DNA from: Schmidtea nova | Taxonomy: Eukaryota | Reading direction: 5' to 3' | Length of the DNA stretch: 64,000 nt | Assembly: GCA_044892505.1 (NCBI GenBank) | Contig: CM097883.1 | Coordinates: forward strand, 42,222,001 to 42,286,000 | Shown: in pieces, positions 39,359 through 49,429 of the stretch | Layout: every line of letters begins with the position of its first letter | Numbering within the stretch: position 1 is the stretch's first letter | Position numbers and translations under genes: made by a program | The notes under the pieces: model-generated | Seen by the model: the letters and a program-made list of their open reading frames with translations, nothing else | Database searches by the model: none | Told to the model about the DNA's origin: nothing

Positions 39359-39510
39359 TTGTCCGGTCTTTCAGTCATCCTTTCGTTATTAAACAACTAT
39401 ACCACATCATCATGATATTCTCATACGCTCGAAACCAAAACAAGACCATTCTCACACAAATGCATTTATTTTTATATTTACAACAAACATTCTTTCTCGG
39501 GCTGTGTCAA

Positions 39511-40146
39511 TCAACTGAATGCTCGCAATTCCTGGTCGGCAGGATTCTCGTCGCGACGAATTCCGCTTTCCAAATACATCTCTGGAGCTGGGTTCCAACT
39601 CAACTTATCTCTGTAGGTAAACACCTCCCAGAGGCGAAGCTCCTTGGGCTCGGGGTGTTGATCTAATGACACGCTTCCTGGCGCGTTGGAGTAGGCGAAG
39701 ACTTCCTCAGTGTAGCGACACCGAGGCCTGTCTAGCAGCGTGTATCCTAGTCGATATAGAGCCCTTCCCGTCAACATTCCAGTGCTCAATAACCAACGGG
39801 GTCGTTTCTGCTCATCGAGGAATTGGTAGAACCATCCGTCGGTTCTTGGGTCGGCAGGGGCTAAGGTGGACGTCCAATCGGTGTCTCCTTCCCATCGCAG
39901 TTGTATAGTGAAGGCGCAGGCCGGAATATCGGCGGCTGCACTCATATGATTTCTTATCCACCGGCGTAAGTGTCGGCGTGCAATTTCGCTAATTCGGCGG
40001 GGGGCTTCCGTTTCTCCCTCGATGGTGGGGTTCCTCTTTGGCCGGATGACGGAGCGGGTACGCCGTCTTTTCCGGATGACATAATCCTCCACTTTCATAT
40101 GTCGCGAGTCGATCAGATCCTTTTGATATTTCTCGATTTTTATCAT
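39511..40146 (-). CDS. Orphan protein, 211 aa
   Basis: Uninterrupted ORF with GTATAAATA ~55 nt upstream (40201-40209) and AATAAA at 39465-39470; basic N-terminus RKRRRTR, Trp-rich core. Confidence 0.6.
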   Translation of the reverse strand: MIKIEKYQKDLIDSRHMKVEDYVIRKRRRTRSVIRPKRNPTIEGETEAPRRISEIARRHLRRWIRNHMSAAADIPACAFTIQLRWEGDTDWTSTLAPADPRTDGWFYQFLDEQKRPRWLLSTGMLTGRALYRLGYTLLDRPRCRYTEEVFAYSNAPGSVSLDQHPEPKELRLWEVFTYRDKLSWNPAPEMYLESGIRRDENPADQELRAFS

Positions 40147-41126
40147 GTGACTGAATACAAGAGCTAGGTTAATGTGATAGATTTGTCGGGTGAGTGTAAT
40201 TATTTATACCCGTCGACCTACTCGACTTAATGGTAAAACGCTGTAGGCCTTGGTAGATCGGTTTTCATTTTTACTAAACCAGAGACGGTAATGTAGTATG
40301 GGTCGTGCATTATGGTTTAGTGTAGTAGACTATTCTACTCTGTATTTTTATTCAACTAGTTAACCACGCTCAATTGATTTTGGTCGTTACTGGATTAGAT
40401 TTATTTTTGTTGTTCATCAACTATGTACACACGACAATTTCTCACTAGGAGACGCTATTACCAACTACCAAATTTACATTTGTTTTCCATTCATCACACC
40501 CATTCTCTCAGTCATGCTCTATGCCTGGACAACACGATTGCCTATTCATTTTAGTTTTACATCAGCCACACTCAGTCACTCGATATTTTTATTTGAAGAA
40601 CATCCTCGTTAACTAACGATGGTCATGTCATAAGGGGAATATCGACAATCCCTTACTCAAGTTGGGTTGATGCTTCTGGTATGATCGTTAACTAATTGGT
40701 GGGGTTGACCTTTTGTGCCCTTCGAGGGTCGCATGTAGGTGTTGGAATACCTGGTTGATTTATATCTCGGACCCAAACACTTTGGTCTCTGAACTCACAT
40801 GACTTATGTATGGTGTATTTCTACCCTCGTCAGCGCTCAATTTATCCGACTTGATGTTGTTTATCGTGATACATATCCTCTATACAAGGCTATCGCTACT
40901 TTAATCGACTTTACGAACGCTGGATACCCTATTGATCTATTAACAAGCCTGTTACGTGTACTCATTTACTCGATGTCGTCGTGACAGATAATGCATCCTT
41001 CGATTACTTTTACTCATACTGATGTTACGAGGGTATCGGACATCCTATGTGCATTTGTCCCCCTTCCGTTTACTAAATTTTTAGGAAACCTATGGTCCCG
41101 CCGCATCAGCACCTCACATGAAAATG

Positions 41127-41750
41127 TGTTGCGCTGAGAGGCCCAAGAATCCGTCAGGCTGTCAGGCCTCCGGAAAACCTTATTGATTTTAAGATAGTTA
41201 TAATTATGAGGGTTTAAAGTAACAATATAACACACAACAATTACCTTTTATTTTTCCTTCAAGTTGGATTTACAATGTTCTCAGTGCTCAACTGCAAGTT
41301 ACACTTGGTAAAATAACATTGACAAATACTGATTTGACTTCAGTATTTATACTCAACCGGTGTTGTTGGTTAGCCAATCAGCATCGAGTATGTGTGTATG
41401 TTTGCTTCATTTTTTCATGTTGTCGGCTTTTTGCTGCCTAACTTAACTCACTGATTTATTTGTTTAATCATGCGGTAAGTTTTTCTTTGTCATCAATTTA
41501 TTTTATTTTATTTTTGTTTTAGATCTTCGGTGACATCCGCCCACGCGCTGTCATATTCAGATTTTATCTGCTTCGCATGAGTGAGTTTTTGAGTTTTATT
41601 TTTGTTTTGATTAATACCTTATTTCTTTTAGATGTTGCCGCTTATTTGCTACTTTTTTAGCTGGTAATTTGTTTTATTGTTATTTTGTGTAGCTTTATTT
41701 TATTGATTGCATATTATTTTCAGATGCTGCTCGATTTGGCTGGCCCAACA
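41127..41750 (-). mobile_element. LTR-like family B copy 1 (624 bp, TGTTG...CAACA)
   Basis: Starts TGTTGGGCCAGCCAA at 41750 and ends GCGCAACA at 41127. CCAAT box 41374-41378, GTATAAATA 41344-41352, AATAAA. Sequence after the end resembles that after copy 2. Confidence 0.8.
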
Positions 41751-42726
41751 TCTTGTTATTGTGGGGACAATTGGGGTGCCTGCTTATGTAATGTAGGGTT
41801 TACAAAGATATTAATGAAATTAAACAAGTTTCAAACAAATTTATATCAACAATTATATTATTATAAAAATTGTATTTAGAGAAAATTAACAATCCAAAAC
41901 CACGAAAAGTTACTTTAATATTGGTGAGATATTTCTTTTGACTCTTTGAATACTCTTTTAAGATCAGCTCTCCGACAATTAATTTCCGACAATTATTAGT
42001 TTTGTAATTTTTTTTAAAAAAATCAATTTTCTTATTTTGTATATTTTACTATAGTTTCATTCTATAGTAATTTAAATATTTAAATTCTAAATTTAAATAT
42101 TTTAACCATATTATAAGTAAATTATAATAATTAAAATACTTAAAATAATTAAAATACACCAAAGGGGGGTACAATGCCTTTACAATAGTAGTAACAGATA
42201 ATAATAAAGATTAACAACTCATTACAATATATATATATATATATATTCAATGAAAACTGAAAACTGTAAAAATAATTTAACAAGATATGACCTAACTATA
42301 ACAAGAAAACTCATTTTATTTATAGAGCTCGTTGCAAAAAATGAAATTTTTGTTGAGAGCGCTCAGACTCGAGTTTAGAAATAATTTTCAGCTGATTATG
42401 TCCCAAATAAATTTTTTCAGCTCAAGCTTTCTCTATTTTATTTTAGACAGAAATGCTCGAGCTAGCTTAATAGGGTAATTTGAGCTGTCAGCTCTAGTTA
42501 TATTTTTGTGCCTTCGCAAAAGTTTTGAAATATTATGTTTAAAAATGCGCAATAAATAGAAATACATAAAATTCGTTACGAATTCGAACTATTAAACGAA
42601 TCATAACATTTTTCGGAACGACTACTAAAATGGTACAATGTAATAAATTCCGGGATTTTATTTGTAAAATACTGATTAGCCTCTAGAAGGCGTTAATTGT
42701 TGGTCGTTCATCTTTTCCGGTGCTTA

Positions 42727-42837
42727 TCATGTGGCTTCGTACCGCCGGCACCGTTGACCAAACTTCTTAGTGAGCTCGTCATTTCGGAGCTTGAATCGGC
42801 TCATGCGCTTATACAGCTTTTCCAAGGATTTCTCCAT
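42727..42837 (-). CDS. Small spliced orphan gene (36 aa) with TATA box and 5'UTR intron
   Basis: TATATAAG at ~43056-43064; GAG|GTAAG donor at 43004; TTTCAG acceptor ending at 42845; AAAAATGG start context; MEKSLEKLYKRMSRFKLRNDELTKKFGQRCRRYEAT. Confidence 0.5.
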   Translation of the reverse strand: MEKSLEKLYKRMSRFKLRNDELTKKFGQRCRRYEAT

Positions 42838-43257
42838 TTTTAAACTGAAATAAAATTAAATTATAAAAATTTAATAATGATGCAATAATGAACCCATAAA
42901 CTATATACAATATGTACAATCAAACAGACAAAGCAAACCACTCAACCAAAATTCAAAAGCAAAACACAACAAACAATAAATATTATAAACGAAAAATCTC
43001 TTACCTCGGGTGCAAAATTTTGATAAAAAGTAAAATTGGTAAACTTGGTAATTTACTTATATAAACTGGAGTGGGACCTTCTGGACCACTAATACCTGAC
43101 TAAGTAATCGCGCGACAACCCCCGTTGGTTAAGGTCTCGTAAATAGATATAATTAAATCTTTGAAAACGTGAGTTTTTGGTATTGCTATCATCGTTTCGT
43201 ATTGTAATATTATTGACAACAGGCAACTACAAAAAAAATTATAATATGAGATTACTG

Positions 43258-44190
43258 TTACGCTTGGTGGTGTAATTGATCAATATAGGTCGTTGTATCG
43301 TATATATGAATTTTGCAATAGATAGCATTTTTTCTGGCATCTGTCCAAGCAGGATTAATAATATTATCCAATTCGTTTCCCAGTATAATTCTTGGTAATC
43401 CGGCAGTTATGATACCTGTTCCACATTTAACATTAGAGAAGTGGTGAATTTAGTGTCACATAAATTGATGAGCTCCTCGGGTTCCCATTTATGTAATGGT
43501 AAATCATCAATAACGATTCCGTCGTATTGTTTCTTTTCTGGCCCGAGCTTTTCAAAATCTCGCCCAATACTTATGTGTAAAGGGCTCGAAAAATGTGACA
43601 GTGCATAATTTGTTTTACCGATTCCAGTAGCCCCGACCATAACGACAGCGCGCTCTTCAAATTTACAGAATGGTAAACACCAGTTTCGTTATACTGTGGC
43701 TTAGTAACGATACCAATTTTCCTATTGACATAAATATTAATTATTTGAGCAAAATAATAAATAAATATGTCACTTTATTAAGCATGATTCTAATTTTTGG
43801 CTCATTCGAATAATGTCTAGTGGTTTCTCATTCTCAACCATAGCAAGGCCTTCTGATATCGCATTAGACTCTAAAAACTTTGTCAAAAAATCCTCATCGG
43901 CTAATGGACGTTTACCGTATTCCCAAAAGTGGCCATTATCCACAGTAGACAATTTATTACGTCTTTATACTCAAATCCGAATACATAATTAAACTCATAT
44001 TTTTTATGAATTGCCCAGTACGTTGACGAATTGTTCAATATTAGCATGCATTCCATGTGGTCATGACCTCCCGAACTTATCTCTTGTTTCATGAGCACAT
44101 ATTTGCAAGTTTCTTTTAATATTACTTGCAAACTATCTTTACGTCGTAAATAATCCGACGTAGGGATCGAAATAGTTTTAATCGCTTTCT
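43258..44190 (-). pseudogene. rep: Endogenous CRESS-DNA-virus-like Rep (HUH endonuclease plus SF3 helicase), gemini/genomovirus-like, frameshifted
   Basis: KYVLMKQEISSGGHDHMECML (motif II context, HDH at 44057-44065); YC..DNGHFWEYG (degenerate motif III); Walker A GATGIGKT (43611-43634); Walker B DGIVIDD; NVKCGTGIITAGLPRIILGN (B'/C); stop at 43258; at least 3 frameshifts. Confidence 0.9.
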
Positions 44191-44199
44191 GTTAAGAGC

Positions 44200-44961
44200 T
44201 GCTCGTTTTGCTTTGTCTTCGTTATCTCCATATCCTGTTTGGACTCGTCCTCCTACAACTGCTGTTTCTCCGCCAGACAATTGACTGGGAATATGAGGCC
44301 CATTTTCCTGAGAAACTGGTCGGTGAACACCACTTTGCAGTTGATTCTGGGGCAATTTGTTAGAGCTAGCCATTGTAACCTCTGCCATATCAGTATGAGT
44401 AATTCCGGCGCTAGATATAGCTGGCTTTCTCCGCATATTGCTTGCACATTATTTGGAGTATTGTCGAATACCTTCCGATGTTTAAGTGAATCAATATCTC
44501 TTGGAGAAGTTTCTCCAAATCCACCCAGTTCGTCGATCCGAGTAAGATTTTTGTATTTCTTTTTCTCGGAGTTCCGCATTCTGGGGCCGGGTCATCATTA
44601 TAACGTCTATCAATTGGGCTTCCAGCATTGCATTGATACCTTCGCTTATTTTGTGCTCCAGCTCTAGCCTGTTGACCGAATACAACTTTGTATTAATAAA
44701 CATTACGAAATTGATATACGGTCACCTTTTTGGCATCACCATGTTCGGGTTTATCCCTCGGATCTGGGCCACGAGCCTCGGGGGTATGGAATTGAGTATC
44801 GTTTCCGACTCCCTCAGAATCTGGAAGGGGGATGCGAGATAATATTTCGTCCACTGAGTCGTCAGTCCAATCGTCCGGAAATTGAGACACCATTGTGAAC
44901 TTGCTTCCCGTATATTCATTATTTCTTCGTCCTTTAGCTTTATCCTTTCCTCGTCATTCAT
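44200..44961 (-). pseudogene. Frameshifted orphan ORF immediately upstream of Rep
   Basis: Overlapping minus-strand ORF pieces (44722-44961, 44693-44893, 44491-44703, 44253-44579, 44122-44436) in GC-richer DNA; no family recognised. Confidence 0.45.
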
Positions 44962-45507
44962 TGTCAGTCATTGGTGAATGTTAAAATGACATTCTGTTGC
45001 AGTATAAATACAGGGGTGAGAGAGAGAAAATCATTTACATGTCTTGCAATTTTGCTTACCCGGATAGGCCAATCATACGCTCATGCACACAACAATGCAA
45101 AAATAATAAAAATAAAAAAAGCTTCTCTCGGACCGATTTCATTTCTCCCGGCGAGAAATAGCTAATCACCAATTCCATAATTCTCCTTTTTAATTCCCCA
45201 ATAAGTTCCTTCTCCGACGACATGATGACCTTTAATAAAAATACAGCATTAATCTCATCTCCGCTTTCTGACCCGATATCTTAAACTTTTACAGGTGGAC
45301 TCGCGTTTCCACGACGGCAACTCTACTACCCCTCTCGATTTCCTCTAAATTTGTCTCAGCTCATTTACTCTACTTTCTCATTCTCTGTATTTTTTATCTA
45401 GACTCACCCCCACCCCAGAAAAATATATAATAAGTTGACCATAATAAAAATAATTTAATAAACTATCATAGACAAGAATCAAACTCAGAATTTCAAATAC
45501 ATAACAT

Positions 45508-46032
45508 TTATTTTACGCTATGACAGGTCAAGAACAACTACGATAAGTCCGAAATGAACCAGTTCTCCGCATTTCCCGATCGACACTTATCATTCCTCGA
45601 AATTTGGACTATATGGAGACTCGGTAGGGCATGTGCTGGAGTAAGGTCAAGCATGATCCGACCCAGACTCCATAACTCTTCCTGGGGAATCGTCCCCAAT
45701 TAGTAAATTCGATTACGCCCTGGGATCTCGGTAGGTGTTTCTACAAAGTATGATGGTAGATCGGCTGGGTACTTCCTATCGACGTCGATTGACCACGTGC
45801 TACTCCCGTGCCATATTATCGTGTCGGGACTGTCTCGCAATAAGCTAAATGGCGGGACAATCCCATCTTTTTCGAACACCTACTGATGTTCCGATAGAAT
45901 TTCGCCTGCCAAATTTGGGGGTATATTTTTTACGGGTACTGCCATCACCCAAAAATTATCTTCTGACTTCGGCCCTTCCTCGTAAAATGAATCAACTCGA
46001 TGGCCATTTATGCTTATACAGATTCGCTCCAT
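45508..46032 (-). pseudogene. Orphan 175-codon ORF relic with three in-frame stops
   Basis: MERICISINGHRVDSFYEEGPKSEDNFWVMAV...; single frame with no indels; final TAA overlaps AATAAA (45507-45512). Not in the ORF track. Confidence 0.55.
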
Positions 46033-46068
46033 CTCTTTAATTTATTTACTACAATATACAATATGAGG

Positions 46069-46141
<73 letters not shown>

Positions 46142-48752
46142 CAAGATTTATTTACATAATTTGGTACCAAAATAGATATTTTATGCGTATGTAAATTTAA
46201 ACTTGGAAGTTTTGTTTCATGTTTTTCATTTTTATATCTTAAATTTATGTTATTTATCTATGGAGTTATTACGAAAATTTAAATGCCGGTATAGTTTTAG
46301 TATCTCTACCGCCGCAACATTCACTATTTAATAACTCATGGGATAAAATTCGCTCTTCACTTGGTCTCAATTGCACTTCAACTTCAAATCTTGGTTGAAA
46401 TATTAGAGTGGTTATTTAATTTACTTTTTGTGTGATCGTGAATAGTTCTACTATATTCTACCGGGCGACCCCCATGTCTCTCGTACTCGAGTGCACTTCG
46501 AATAATACTTGACTTATCGCTCTACGATACTTAGGGGTGATTGGCATATCAAGTGGATTTTCTCGTTTCGGATTTTTAATAGACAACCCATTCATCAGCA
46601 ATATATAGTGCCTCCTCTGAAAATTTTGAGTGACCACTTCACAAAAATTCGATTAATTCTATACCTCGGGTTTACTCGTTCTATTGGACAGAATCGTGAC
46701 AAAATTGTCCAAATCTCTCGCCAGAAAATTTACAGCAAATTCGTGTGGTTGTTTTTTTTATGCAGGCGCTCTATGGATTAGGTTCGAAAGATTTTCTATC
46801 GCTTCGACTGATTTAGGCATAAGTTAGAATATGCTTTACCCTTGGTTTTCTAAAAAGTGGGTATACATTGAGTCTACTACTGCGCCGATTTTACTGAACA
46901 TCGCCCAATATTTTCATCACCAGGAATCTACGGCACTCAGCTTCCGCCAAGCTACAAATTTTTCATTGCACACACATCCAAAAAATGCATGGATGATTGC
47001 TCAGATAGAGAATTATTTTTTTATCTGATTTTTCTTTTTCAATATATTAGTCGAATTGAATGAAATGAGGTGCACGGAGAATTGAGTGCAAATCGTTAAC
47101 TATTGCAAAATTCAAAAATTTACAAATAAAGAGCAAAATAATTAAAAAAAATTAAAAATCAAAGGTTTTACGGGCGCAAATAGGTATGGGTGGATGCCAA
47201 ATGATAAAATGGATTCAAATATAATGATATCACATCAATGGGCGTCCTCAGAAATAGATATTAAAAAAGTACAAACTTATTAAAAACTTAATTTACTAAT
47301 GGAAACCCTGAGTCGTCAACAAAATAATTAAATTACTTTAGGCGAATTTTTGAGATAATGAAAAACCCAAGCAGTGTGGAAAATCAAAAATTGAAAGAAA
47401 AAAATTATTATAAACAGATGATAATTTTGCTTGATTAAGACTTGGTACTAGTATAAAATGACATTGTTTGGCTAACCTGAGCGCTTCCTTATATAGTAAA
47501 ATCAGCGCTTAGGCAGCCAATCAGAATTCAGCTAATATTTTATTGGTCAAATGACCCGTTTTTATACATTATTTTATTTTATTTTATTATTTTCTCTATT
47601 AATTTCATTTATTTTCTCTATTAATTTCATTTATTTTCTCTAATTCTTTTTATTTCCTCATTTCTACTTAAATTTCACATCTTAATCACTTTTTTTCCCT
47701 CGATTTTTCATTTTATTTTTGTTTTAATTTTACTCTTTTGTTAACGATTATTTTCCAACTTTTTAATATTATTTTAATGTTTCTTGTTAACTTTTATCGT
47801 TTCCTAATTAATCATTTAATTCTCCTATTATTTGTTACTGTACTAACCCAACAAATGTTTCTACATAATTTTTTATAATTTGTAAAAACTGAAGCTTTTG
47901 GTTTAAAAGTTTATTTTTACTTTTCTTAAATTGTGTTAAATGTCCCTCATGAGTTTTATAAAATGTTAGGTAGGGGTCGGAACTTAGGATCTGACAAAAT
48001 GGGCATACATGGTATTTTTCCTGAAATTATGTTATCTCATAATATTTTTTTCCCATTACTTCGTGACATTTTGACGAAAAAACTTGGTTATTGCAACAGT
48101 TAAAGTATAAGATACGTTAAAGGTATTTTTAAATTAATTTTTTTATTTTCAAAATGACAAAACGTTAGTATTAACTTTAACAACAGATCTGCTTTATTAC
48201 TATCTTGATTTTAAAATAAACTATAGGTTAAAAATTTATTATTATAAAAAAATAATTTATTATTCAACAAATATATATTATTCTATTATCTAAATAATTA
48301 TTATTTTATGAATTAATATTTAACTGTTATATCAAATTCAAAATAAAATAATTTGTTAAAAAAGCAATCATGATTATTTTTTGGTTTCGCCTTTGATCTC
48401 TTTTTATTTAATAGCAATAATTTACATAATTATACAACTATAGATCAATATATTTTGTTGTTAGGTACCATTGTTGTTAGTGTATCTAACAGCAACATTT
48501 TTTAATCTATAGTCATATAATTTTTTATTTAAAATAAATTTACATTTAACAGTTGGGCATTAGATTTGCATTTTTGAGCATTCTATAGTTATAAATATTA
48601 ATTTATAGTTTAATGGTTTATTATAATTTACAGACTGTTTGTAACGATAATCTGTTATCCTTCGTTCTACACTTGGTTTACCTTTTGAAAACATATATTT
48701 GAAATGTATAAATTATGTTATCTTAACAAAATACAAAAACCTCACTTAGCAT

Positions 48753-49429
48753 TGTTGGGCCAACCAATTAGATTTAAAACGAATCTAAAACAAAATAAAT
48801 TATAAATTAAATTGAATGGATAAAGTACGAAGTACCAGCATTATCAGTAAATCTAAAACGAAAACATAAATAGGTAATCAGCAAAGAAAATGCTTACGAA
48901 TTAACAACTGTAAAAACTCCAATTAGGAACAAATCGACCAGCTGTTATGAGCATATCAGCTATATTACAAGTTGACCTAAATATGGTTAAGAATAAGAAA
49001 TCTAATAAAACACATAATAACCTGAGGTTAAGAAAACAAAACAGGATTATTGATAAAATAATCAGTAGATAAAACATAGAAATCTGTCAATTATGCGACG
49101 GTAGACAAAATTTGATTGGTTGGCGCAATCCTGAGAAACGGTATAAATAGAACAGCCAAATTCAGAAATGTTAATGCGTAAAAAGTCATTTGTTTGTCAT
49201 TTATACCTTGATGCTTAGTGTCAATTTTATCTCGATACAAATCATTGTATAATTTGCGAAACCTTTGGAATCGTTTAGAACAATAAAGGTATGGGTAATT
49301 GTTTCATTTTTTAATTTGATTTGGTTAAATCCTCCATATATTTTTCCCTAATGGTATGATCAAAATTGTTAAGAGCACGTCCCGACGGTCTCCCGACCCG
49401 ACGGGCGATAACTGGCCTCCCGACCGACA
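48753..49429 (+). mobile_element. LTR-like family B copy 2 (677 bp)
   Basis: TGTTGGGCCAACCAA start; ATTGG 49115-49119; GTATAAATA 49141-49149; AATAAAG|GT; CGTCCCGACGGTCTCCCGACCCGACGG; ends CCGACA. Confidence 0.8.

Noticed and set aside
40900-40990. CIICHDD on the minus strand as the start of a RING finger
   Set aside because: The remaining Cys/His ligands cannot be recovered among multiple stops.
41751-41790. Integrated one-LTR circle (permuted internal-LTR-internal) explaining genes on both sides of LTR copy 1
   Set aside because: No polypurine tract precedes the LTR, and the flank resembles unrelated TE DNA; kept only as an open alternative.
48753-48761. TGTTGGGCC read as Cys-Trp-Ala of the missing cathepsin active site (also 55785)
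   Set aside because: The context lacks QCGS..AF; it is the conserved family B LTR terminus.
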